A stretch of 64,000 bases of DNA from an uncultured Mariniplasma sp. (GTDB lineage Bacteria; Bacillota_I; Bacilli_A; Acholeplasmatales; Acholeplasmataceae). Below the pieces are notes generated by a model, which was given only the letters and a program-made list of their open reading frames with translations, was not told the origin of the DNA and made no database searches. The stretch's first letter is position 1. The number at the start of each line of letters is the position of its first letter. The translations under genes and the position numbers were made by a program. The stretch covers positions 8,390 through 72,389 of the forward strand of contig CAZZMZ010000001.1 of the NCBI GenBank assembly GCA_964655445.1. Reading direction: 5' to 3'. This document shows, piece after piece, positions 56,204 through 64,000 of this stretch.

Positions 56204-57589
56204 ATGATAGAAAAGAAAGTGTTAGAAACGCTTTTAAATGAAGCGTTAAAAACTGGTGCCGATTTTGCTGAAATCTTTATTGAAGATACAAAATCAAACG
56301 TTATTCGTGTCACATCCGGCGATGTCACATCGATTGATCGAGGCAACACCTATGGTGCAGGTATCAGACTTATTCAAGGCTTAGATGAAGTCTATGGCTA
56401 CACCAACGATATGTCATATGAAAAATTGTTAGAACTCGTTATAAATTTAAGAGCATCCTTTGAAGGAGCACCTAAGAAGAGCGTGCCACTTGGTGAAAGC
56501 AAGCCATTTACTTATGACATTAAAAGACCAATGAAGAGTGTCTCAATCGAAGAAAAATCAAAAAAACTACAAGATTTATCCCTAAAAATGAAAAATCATG
56601 ATGCGCGTATTGTTCAAGCGATTACGCAACTCATTGAAAATGAGCAAAGCATTTTAGTTTGTAATTCAAAAGGTATTTACCAAGACGATGTAAGAACGTA
56701 TACACGCGCTGTATTCATGGCTGTTGCACAAGAAAATGGTTTAATGCAACAAGCATTTGAAGGACCAGGTCGTTATATGGGCTATGAAATATTTGATGTG
56801 ATTGATGCAGATAAGATTGCAACTGATGTCGCAACTTCTGCTATCACACTTTTAACAGCAGAAGACATCGAGCCACAAAACATGCCTGTTGTGCTCCACA
56901 ATGGTTTTGGAGGCGTTATTTTCCATGAGGCATGTGGACACCCACTAGAAGCTACATCTGTTGCTAAAGGTTTATCTCCATTTGTTGGAAAAGTAGGTGA
57001 AAAGATTGGTTCAGACATCGTTACGGCGTATGATGACGGCGATGTAGCAGGTGCATGGGGTCGCCTATCATTTGATGATGAAGGTATGAAGACACAAAAA
57101 AATCTTCTCATTGAAAATGGTGTTTTGAAAGGATACTTAATCGACTATCGAAACGGTATAAAGATGGGTATGGAACCTACAGGTTCAGCTAGAAGACAGT
57201 CTTATAAATTCTCACCAACATCTCGTATGAATTCGACATATATTGCACCAGGTAAAGACAAATTTGAAGATATTATTAAAGACACGAAATATGGTTTATT
57301 TGCGAAAAAGCTTGGTGGTGGTACTGTTGTACCAGCAACGGGTGAATTTAACTTTGCAGTGCAAGAAGGCTACATGATTGAAGATGGTAAGTTAACAAGA
57401 CCTGTCAGAGGTGCGATGCTTATTGGACATGGTAAAGATGTCTTATTTAAGATTGATCGCGTTGCAGATAATCTCGAGTTTGGTCAAGGTATGTGTGGCT
57501 CGTTATCAGGAAGCATTCCTGTTGATGTGGGACAGCCCACCATTCGTGTGTCTTCAATGACTGTTGGTGGTTCAGGAGGTAAGAAATAA
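56204..57589 (+). CDS. tldD: TldD family metalloprotease
   Basis: FHEACGHPLEA (HExxxH), FDDEG, RMNSTYI, GMCGS; GAGGAGG SD. Confidence 0.93.
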   Translation: MIEKKVLETLLNEALKTGADFAEIFIEDTKSNVIRVTSGDVTSIDRGNTYGAGIRLIQGLDEVYGYTNDMSYEKLLELVINLRASFEGAPKKSVPLGESKPFTYDIKRPMKSVSIEEKSKKLQDLSLKMKNHDARIVQAITQLIENEQSILVCNSKGIYQDDVRTYTRAVFMAVAQENGLMQQAFEGPGRYMGYEIFDVIDADKIATDVATSAITLLTAEDIEPQNMPVVLHNGFGGVIFHEACGHPLEATSVAKGLSPFVGKVGEKIGSDIVTAYDDGDVAGAWGRLSFDDEGMKTQKNLLIENGVLKGYLIDYRNGIKMGMEPTGSARRQSYKFSPTSRMNSTYIAPGKDKFEDIIKDTKYGLFAKKLGGGTVVPATGEFNFAVQEGYMIEDGKLTRPVRGAMLIGHGKDVLFKIDRVADNLEFGQGMCGSLSGSIPVDVGQPTIRVSSMTVGGSGGKK

Positions 57590-58896
57590 TGTATCAATCA
57601 TGGATTTTGTTAGGCAAAGAAAAAGGTATTACTGATTTAGAAGTATTTGCTGTTAGAAATAAAAGCTTAAAATTATCTGTTTATGAAGGCAAAGTTGATC
57701 AACATGTTCAAAGTGATGTTGAAGTTGTCACGATTAGAGGTATTGTAGAAAACAAGCTTTCTACGATTCGTTTTGAAAATCTAAGTCAAACCAATGTATC
57801 GGAGATGCTTGATCAATTAATTCTTAATGCGAAAGCTTTAACAGTTGTTGAGCCAGCGATTATATATGAAGGATCTAAGTCATATCCAGAAGTAAAAGAT
57901 GAGCTTTTTGATTTTGGTAGTGTACCTGTCATTGATAAAATTAACCTACTTAAAAATCTTGAATCAAAGATTTTAGAAAATAAAAAAGTTAAGCAAGTCC
58001 AATCAACGCAATATCAAGAAATTGATACTGAAACAACACTTGTTAATTCAAAGGGACTTAATCTCTCAAGACATAACACCTATGCTTATGCATATGCTAT
58101 TGGTGTGTTTGCAGAAAATGAAGATATCCAAACTGCATATGATGTTAAGCTTGCTAAAACGTTTGATGAGTTTGATGCAGACAAGATGGCTCAAAAAACC
58201 ATCGATATAGGTGTGAAAAAACTAGGCGGGAAATCCATACCATCGGGTCACTATAAAACGGTATTTTCTAATGAAATGTTTGCTGACTTGTTATCCGTTT
58301 TTACAAGTATTTTCTCAGGTGAATCAGCATATAGAAATATGACATCCTTAAAGGATAAGGTCGGTAAAGAAATTGCTGATAAACGTTTTAATTTAATCGA
58401 TGATCCATTATTTAAAGACGCACTCTTTAAAATGCCATTTGATGATGAAGGTGTAGCTTGTAGCAAACGCTATGTGATTGAAAATGGCGTATTTAAGGGA
58501 TTTAATCATAATTTGAAGACTGCAGCTATCTTCAAAGAATCACCAACAGGTAATGGATTCCACGGTAGTATAGCACCTACAAATCTTTATTTAGAACCAG
58601 GTCAAAAGTCATTTGATGAAATGATTTCAACAATTAAAGAAGGCGTCTATATTACAGATTTAGTAGGACTTCATGCAGGTGTGAAACAAGTTTCTGGCGA
58701 TTTTAGTTTACAAGCATCAGGCTTTAAAATTAAAGATGGTAAACTAGATCACGCAGTTAAAATGATTGTCATCTCTGGTAATTTCTTTAAAGCAATCAAT
58801 GATATCGATGAAATAGGCAGTGACTTAAAGTTCACCATTCAAGGTGTTGGTAGTCCTTCCGTATCGTTTAAATCACTTGTTGTTGGTGGCGAATAA
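57589..58896 (+). CDS. pmbA: TldE/PmbA family protein
   Basis: PFDDEGV, SGDFSLQASG, ISGNF; no HExxxH; TAATG coupling with tldD. Confidence 0.9.
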   Translation: MYQSWILLGKEKGITDLEVFAVRNKSLKLSVYEGKVDQHVQSDVEVVTIRGIVENKLSTIRFENLSQTNVSEMLDQLILNAKALTVVEPAIIYEGSKSYPEVKDELFDFGSVPVIDKINLLKNLESKILENKKVKQVQSTQYQEIDTETTLVNSKGLNLSRHNTYAYAYAIGVFAENEDIQTAYDVKLAKTFDEFDADKMAQKTIDIGVKKLGGKSIPSGHYKTVFSNEMFADLLSVFTSIFSGESAYRNMTSLKDKVGKEIADKRFNLIDDPLFKDALFKMPFDDEGVACSKRYVIENGVFKGFNHNLKTAAIFKESPTGNGFHGSIAPTNLYLEPGQKSFDEMISTIKEGVYITDLVGLHAGVKQVSGDFSLQASGFKIKDGKLDHAVKMIVISGNFFKAINDIDEIGSDLKFTIQGVGSPSVSFKSLVVGGE

Positions 58897-58916
58897 TATC
58901 ATCAACCATTTTAATC

Positions 58917-58947
58917 AATGTGTAGCTTGTTAGCTGCACATTTTTTT
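58917..58947 (+). terminator. Intrinsic terminator
   Basis: AATGTGTAGCT-tgtt-AGCTGCACATT plus T run. Confidence 0.75.
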
Positions 58948-58948
58948 G

Positions 58949-58978
58949 TTGACAGGTCTTTTTATGAAATGGTATACT
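58949..58978 (+). promoter_or_regulatory. Sigma-A promoter of mntR-mgtE-mgtE
   Basis: TTGACA-N18-TATACT with extended TG. Confidence 0.8.
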
Positions 58979-58986
58979 GAAGTTAG

Positions 58987-59006
58987 TTTTAAGGTGCGCC
59001 TTAAAA
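58987..59006. promoter_or_regulatory. DtxR/MntR-box-like operator
   Basis: Inverted repeat TTTTAAGG-TGCG-CCTTAAAA just downstream of -10, resembling TTAGG-N4-CCTAA boxes. Confidence 0.7.
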
Positions 59007-59062
59007 TTGAAAGTGATATTACCTTATCATTTTTATATTTAAAACAAAAATCGAGGTGTCAT

Positions 59063-59719
59063 ATGAACCGAGCTGAAGAAGATTATATAAAAACGATTTA
59101 TGAACTAACCATTGAAAAAAAACAACCCCTCATTAAAGCTAATGAATTATCTGAAAGGTTTGGCTATAGTGATCAATCAGTGAATGAAATGATTAAAAAG
59201 CTTGTAAAAAAGCATTTAGTATCCTTTGTGCCTTATAAAGGTGTATCTTTAACATCTAAAGGCAAGGATGTAGCAATTCGAATGGTGAGGGCACATCGCA
59301 TTTGGGAAGTTTTTTTAACTGAAAAGTTAGGTTTTTCATGGGATGAAGTTCATGAGGATGCAGAAATGTTAGAGCATGCTACCTCTAAACATGTACTAGA
59401 AAAACTGTATCATTTTCTAGGTGAACCTAAGTATTGTCAGCATGGTAATCCTATACCAGATTTTAAAAACCATATGGCAGAGGTTGCTGTCCAATCGCTA
59501 GATCAACTCAAAGTTGGAGAAACATTTGAAGTTTTACGGGTACTTGATTTTAAAGAGCTCTTGCTTTATTTAAACGAGCAAAATATCAAGTTACATGATT
59601 ATCTGAACATTATTGAAAAAGATGAATTTAACGGTATCATGACTATTCTTTGCAACAATCAAAGAAAAACAATGAGTATTAAAACAGCCAAAATGATTTT
59701 TGGACGTATCAAAAAATAG
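59063..59719 (+). CDS. mntR: DtxR/MntR family metal-dependent repressor with C-terminal FeoA-like domain
   Basis: EEDYIKTIY, SVNEMIKKL, RAHRIWEVFL, EDAEMLEH, CQHGNPIP; GAGGTG SD before ATG 59063. Confidence 0.9.
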   Translation: MNRAEEDYIKTIYELTIEKKQPLIKANELSERFGYSDQSVNEMIKKLVKKHLVSFVPYKGVSLTSKGKDVAIRMVRAHRIWEVFLTEKLGFSWDEVHEDAEMLEHATSKHVLEKLYHFLGEPKYCQHGNPIPDFKNHMAEVAVQSLDQLKVGETFEVLRVLDFKELLLYLNEQNIKLHDYLNIIEKDEFNGIMTILCNNQRKTMSIKTAKMIFGRIKK

Positions 59720-59741
59720 TTTATAAAAAGGAGTTCTAGCC

Positions 59742-61061
59742 ATGTTAAAGCAATTGATTCAAGAAAATCAAATCAAACAATTAAAAGTTTTTTTAGATGA
59801 AGTGCATGCACATGACTTAGCGGAACTTTTTTTTGAATTATCTATCACAGAAAGACAGAAAGTCTATAATCATATTACTAATGAAAAATTAGCTGATTTA
59901 GTATCATACTTAGATACAGAAGATGCTGCAATGATTCTTCAAGAATTCGATTTAGAAAAACAAAAAGAAATCGTTGAAATGATGGAGCCAGATGATGCAG
60001 CAGATATCATACAAGAGCTTGAAGAAGAAGAGCAAGAAGAATTAATTGAACTTTTAGGTGAAACCTCTGATGTTGTCCAATTGATTAGATATGACGAAGA
60101 TGAGACTGGTTCTGCAATGACCAATCTATTTATTGCAGTTGAGCCAGATATGGATGTAAAAGCTGCAACCAAAAAAGTGATCAAAGAAGCAGCAGATGTC
60201 GAATCGATTAACACTATTTTTGTAACAAAAAGTGATGGTACTTATATAGGCGCTGTGCCATTAAAAAAATTACTAAAAGCTAAATCACCACTTAATGTTG
60301 AATCTATCTTGGAAGAATATCCATATGCATTAGATAAAGATCCTATCGAAAAAACCGTGTCTAGTATTCGTAATTATGCGATATATGAGATGCCAGTATT
60401 AAATGATGTAAACAAATTAATTGGTATGATTACATTAGATGATGCCCTTGATATCTATCAAGAAGAGGCACAAGAAGACTTTGAGAAGCTTGCCGGTCTA
60501 CCTGAAACATTAGAAGATAGTACGGCATTAAAAACGGCTTTACATCGCGTGCCTTGGCTATTAACACTTCTTGTCATCTCAGTGCCAATTGCATTAGTTA
60601 CACATGCATTTGAAGAGGTGCTTGCAACTGTAGCCTTGCTCATTATATTTCAACCACTTATATTAGATACTGCAGGAAATGTTGCTACACAAACTCTCGC
60701 TGTTACATTAAAAATGTTTGCATCTAATGAAAGAGGACTTTTAAAAAACAGTTATAGAGAAATTCTTACAGGTATGTTAAATGGGTTTGCAATTGGATTA
60801 TTAGCATTTGTGATGACGATTGTATTTGCTCAGTTAAATACATCACTCGCACAAAATCCGATACTCATTGCTTTTGTCGTTGGTATTTCTTTATGGTTAA
60901 CACTCATTGTTGCACCTATTGTAGCAATCGTTATACCACTCACTTTAAGAATGCTTAAATTTGACCCAGCTGTTGCATCTGGTCCATTTATTACAACGAT
61001 TATAGATGTAGCAGCACTCATGATATATTTTGGCCTTGCTGGACTTCTATTGGGGGTGTAA
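59742..61061 (+). CDS. mgtE: MgtE family divalent cation transporter, copy 1
   Basis: Acidic N-domain, CBS pair, RVPWL, AGNVATQ, DPAVASGPFITTIIDV. Confidence 0.92.
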   Translation: MLKQLIQENQIKQLKVFLDEVHAHDLAELFFELSITERQKVYNHITNEKLADLVSYLDTEDAAMILQEFDLEKQKEIVEMMEPDDAADIIQELEEEEQEELIELLGETSDVVQLIRYDEDETGSAMTNLFIAVEPDMDVKAATKKVIKEAADVESINTIFVTKSDGTYIGAVPLKKLLKAKSPLNVESILEEYPYALDKDPIEKTVSSIRNYAIYEMPVLNDVNKLIGMITLDDALDIYQEEAQEDFEKLAGLPETLEDSTALKTALHRVPWLLTLLVISVPIALVTHAFEEVLATVALLIIFQPLILDTAGNVATQTLAVTLKMFASNERGLLKNSYREILTGMLNGFAIGLLAFVMTIVFAQLNTSLAQNPILIAFVVGISLWLTLIVAPIVAIVIPLTLRMLKFDPAVASGPFITTIIDVAALMIYFGLAGLLLGV

Positions 61062-61062
61062 T

Positions 61063-62403
61063 ATGAAAAGAATAAACTTTAAACACTCAGATGATGCCAT
61101 CAAAAAAGTATTAAAAACCATATTTGCATATGATTTAGCAATTTTATATCCATCATTAGATGATGATGAGAAAAAACGCATCATTCATTTAATAGGACTT
61201 GATAAGTTAACAGATATGTTTGTAGAGCTTGACGTAGACGATCAATGTGAATTGCTTGATTTTTTAGAGCCAACACGTCAAAAGTCCCTTTTGAAAAATC
61301 TTGAAAGTGATGACCTAAAGGAGTTCATTGAAGATATAGAAGACGAAGAGAAAAGACAGCATTTCATTCAACTATTACCGCCTTTGAAAAAGAAAACGAT
61401 TGAATTACTTTTAACTTATGATGAAGATCTAGCAGCGTCCATAATGACGACTGATTTTGTCACAGTAAATCAATCTTTATCTATTAAAGAAGCTACAAAT
61501 AAAGTAGTTACAACTTCTAAGGATGCTGATTATATTGATACAATCTTTGTTGTAGATGATAAGAATCGAATGATTGGTGCAGTTGACTTAAAGACATTAA
61601 TTATTACAAGACCACAATCTTCATTAGATCAAATTATGATGGAAGATTTCCATTTTGTATATGAAGATGATTCCATTGAAAAAGCTATTGAAACAGTCCA
61701 AGATTATGATAGAAACGCTATACCTGTTTTAAATCATGAAGATCAAGTCATTGGTATTGTTACGGCAGATGACATTTTTGATGAAATTATTGAGAATGCT
61801 GAAGATGATTATCAAAGAATGGCTTTATTATCTGACCATGAATCAACATCATCTGCATTTAGACGTACAAAGCAAAGACTTCCTTGGTTGATGATTGCTG
61901 TTTTTCTTAACCTTGTGATTGCATCTTTCTTATCTATTTTTGAAGCGACGATTGAACAAATTACAGTACTTGTATTATTTCAACCGCTTATTTTAGGTAT
62001 GGCTGGTAACATTGGCACACAATCTTTGGCTGTCACAATCTTAGGGCTTCATTTAAAAGAGTTCGATGAAAAAACATTACCTAAAACACATGTCATGAAA
62101 GAACTTGTGATAGGGGCTATTAATAGCTTGTTACTTGCTCTTGCATCTTTGATTTTTGTGAATGTTTTTTTAGGTATTATCAATTATCAAAATACACCAA
62201 ATGCAATGGAAATTGGTATCATCGTAAGTATTGCTATCTTCACATCGATGTTCATATCAGCTTTGATGGGCGTGTTTGTGCCACTTACATTAAATAAATT
62301 CAACCACGATCCATCTGCAGCATCAGGTCCTATTATGACAACCATTAATGATATTGTTGCGTTAGTGATTTATTTTGGGATTGCTACACTTGTCTTTTTA
62401 TAA
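61063..62403 (+). CDS. mgtE: MgtE family divalent cation transporter, copy 2
   Basis: AASIMTT, CBS pair, RLPWL, MAGNIGTQ, DPSAASGPIMTTINDI; start revised to ATG 61063. Confidence 0.92.
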   Translation: MKRINFKHSDDAIKKVLKTIFAYDLAILYPSLDDDEKKRIIHLIGLDKLTDMFVELDVDDQCELLDFLEPTRQKSLLKNLESDDLKEFIEDIEDEEKRQHFIQLLPPLKKKTIELLLTYDEDLAASIMTTDFVTVNQSLSIKEATNKVVTTSKDADYIDTIFVVDDKNRMIGAVDLKTLIITRPQSSLDQIMMEDFHFVYEDDSIEKAIETVQDYDRNAIPVLNHEDQVIGIVTADDIFDEIIENAEDDYQRMALLSDHESTSSAFRRTKQRLPWLMIAVFLNLVIASFLSIFEATIEQITVLVLFQPLILGMAGNIGTQSLAVTILGLHLKEFDEKTLPKTHVMKELVIGAINSLLLALASLIFVNVFLGIINYQNTPNAMEIGIIVSIAIFTSMFISALMGVFVPLTLNKFNHDPSAASGPIMTTINDIVALVIYFGIATLVFL

Positions 62404-62523
62404 TTTGATCTGATTTACCTGTATCTGTTTTACTTATGACACGAAAAATCACTTCTTTAAAAAAGTCCAATGAATATCATATATGATATAATTGATACAA
62501 AGTCCAAGGAAAAGGGGATGTAC

Positions 62524-64000
62524 ATGGAAAAGTATTTAAATGTCTACAAAGAGACAAGAAAAAAAATTAAAGCATATTCATATTTTGGATGGCTTATGAG
62601 CTGGGACCAGGAAACTGAAGCACCAGAATTATCAGTTGGATATCGCACAAAGCAATATCAAGTATTCGCTGAAGAATTATATAAGATTCAATCAGATCCT
62701 GCATATGTTGAAGCGATTGAATACTTATATGAACACATCAATGAGATTGAAGATGCTGATTTTAAAGTAGAAATTAAAAATGGTTATAAGGATTTAAGAT
62801 GGGTTAAAAAAGTACCTAAAGAGGAATTACTCGAATATCGTGTGCTCACAAGTCAAGCATCACATATTTGGGCAAAAGCAAAGCAAGCAGATGATTTTGA
62901 CATGTTTGCACCTACGCTAGAAAAAATAGTTGCTTTTAACCGTAAACTTGTTAAATATTTAGAAACAGATACCTTAAAAGGTTATGATATTCTTTTGGAT
63001 ATGTATGAAGAAGGCTTTGGCACAAAAGAATATGACTTATTTTTTAACACACTAAGAGAAGAACTCGTACCCTTTGCTTTAGAAGTAACTAAAGGACCAA
63101 AACGCAAATTTAATCGTAAGCTTAAAAAAGCGATTTATCCCGCTTCAGTTCAAAGAGAGTTTTCCCAATATTTAATCGATGTCTTTAATTATGATCGTAA
63201 ACGTGGACTTCTTAAAGAGTCAGCGCATCCTTTCACTTCAGGTGTGAGTTCTAAAGATACTCGTATAACAACACATTATCATGAAGATAATTTACCTTCA
63301 TCGATTTTTTCAACAATTCATGAAATGGGACACGCCATTTATGAATTACAAAATGATGAAAAATATGATGATACATTTTTACATGGTGGTACATCACTTG
63401 GTATTCATGAATCCCAATCACGCATGTATGAGAATATGATCGGTCGCTCATTAGCATTTTGGAAATTGCACTATCCGAAACTGCAATCACTTTTTCCAAA
63501 ACAATTGAAAGATATTAGCGTTGATGAGTTTCATGCCTATATAAATCAAGCAGAAAGATCACTTATTCGTATTGAAGCAGATGAACTCACCTATTCACTT
63601 CATATTATGGTTCGTTATGAAATTGAAAAGGAATTAATTAATGGTCGTTTAAAGGTTAAAGATTTACCAAAGAAATGGAAGACATTAATGAGTAAATATG
63701 TCGGAAAACGTCCAACAACAAATAAAGAAGGTGTCTTACAAGACATCCACTGGTCTGGTGGCGCATTTGGATATTTCCCAACCTATGCACTGGGTTCTGC
63801 ATATGCTGCACAAATGTATGACTTTATGAACCAATCATTTAATGTTGAAGAAGCTATTGCAAACAATGACATCAAAAAAATTAATGAATGGAATAGAATC
63901 CATATTCACCAATATGCATCATCTAAAACACCAAAGGAAATCATTAAACTTTCAACTGGTAAGGCATTTGATCCATATTATTATGTTAATTATTTAAAAA
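62524..64000 (+). CDS. M32 family carboxypeptidase (carboxypeptidase Taq-like), 3' truncated by window
   Basis: Open frame from ATG 62524 to window end (missing from ORF track): SWDQET, HPF, TRITT, HEMGH (HExxH), HESQSR, IRIEADELTY, GVLQDIHWS, GYFPTYALG. Confidence 0.93.
   Translation, partial: MEKYLNVYKETRKKIKAYSYFGWLMSWDQETEAPELSVGYRTKQYQVFAEELYKIQSDPAYVEAIEYLYEHINEIEDADFKVEIKNGYKDLRWVKKVPKEELLEYRVLTSQASHIWAKAKQADDFDMFAPTLEKIVAFNRKLVKYLETDTLKGYDILLDMYEEGFGTKEYDLFFNTLREELVPFALEVTKGPKRKFNRKLKKAIYPASVQREFSQYLIDVFNYDRKRGLLKESAHPFTSGVSSKDTRITTHYHEDNLPSSIFSTIHEMGHAIYELQNDEKYDDTFLHGGTSLGIHESQSRMYENMIGRSLAFWKLHYPKLQSLFPKQLKDISVDEFHAYINQAERSLIRIEADELTYSLHIMVRYEIEKELINGRLKVKDLPKKWKTLMSKYVGKRPTTNKEGVLQDIHWSGGAFGYFPTYALGSAYAAQMYDFMNQSFNVEEAIANNDIKKINEWNRIHIHQYASSKTPKEIIKLSTGKAFDPYYYVNYLK

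Noticed and set aside
52514..58896. ABC exporter plus TldD/E as a RiPP (microcin B17-like) cluster
   Set aside because: No precursor peptide, YcaO or radical SAM gene, and a terminator separates the units
58980..59062. M-box or yybP-ykoY riboswitch upstream of the mgtE operon
   Set aside because: The leader is short and AT-rich without recognisable aptamer motifs; the palindrome fits a protein operator better
2488..63499. Many short (60-113 aa) antisense or alternate-frame ORFs in the track, e.g. 7264-7572, 20145-20486, 44964-45290, 56782-57111, 63251-63499
   Set aside because: They lie essentially within well-supported genes, lack motifs, and look like shadow ORFs
1..64000. tRNA/rRNA genes, IS elements, prophage or defence systems
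   Set aside because: All intergenic gaps are under ~200 bp and largely explained by promoters and terminators; no transposase, integrase or defence-type motifs recognised

Overview
AT-rich, gene-dense bacterial chromosomal segment using the standard genetic code (TGA = stop, Trp = TGG). Gene content and protein styles suggest a Bacillota-derived wall-less lineage such as Acholeplasmatales; this is an inference, not a database result. Contents in order: end of a heavy-metal P-type ATPase; recG-plsX-rnc-dnaD-nth; an RRNPP-like regulator followed by a heterodimeric ABC exporter; an Ig-repeat surface protein; flavodoxin; dnaE; a CDF transporter; a giant (~2760 aa) acidic repeat protein with a CvpA-like membrane anchor; a DUF5058/membrane protein/M20 peptidase operon; a nitroreductase; a cluster holding both PPi- and ATP-dependent glycolytic enzymes (PPi-PFK, pfkA, ppdK, pyk) plus a Na/Pi cotransporter; uvrB; a Sel1 protein; a large B-repeat/RCC1-like lipoprotein; pepT; a three-gene SHOCT/DUF2089 module with a second ABC exporter; tldD-tldE; an MntR-type regulator with a clear operator preceding two mgtE paralogs; and the start of an M32 carboxypeptidase. 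No tRNA, rRNA, CRISPR array or mobile element was recognised. Best candidates for undescribed systems: the CvpA-anchored giant repeat protein, the MntR-box-controlled tandem MgtE pair, the triple-SHOCT DUF2089 module and the dual PPi/ATP glycolysis locus with cre-like sites.
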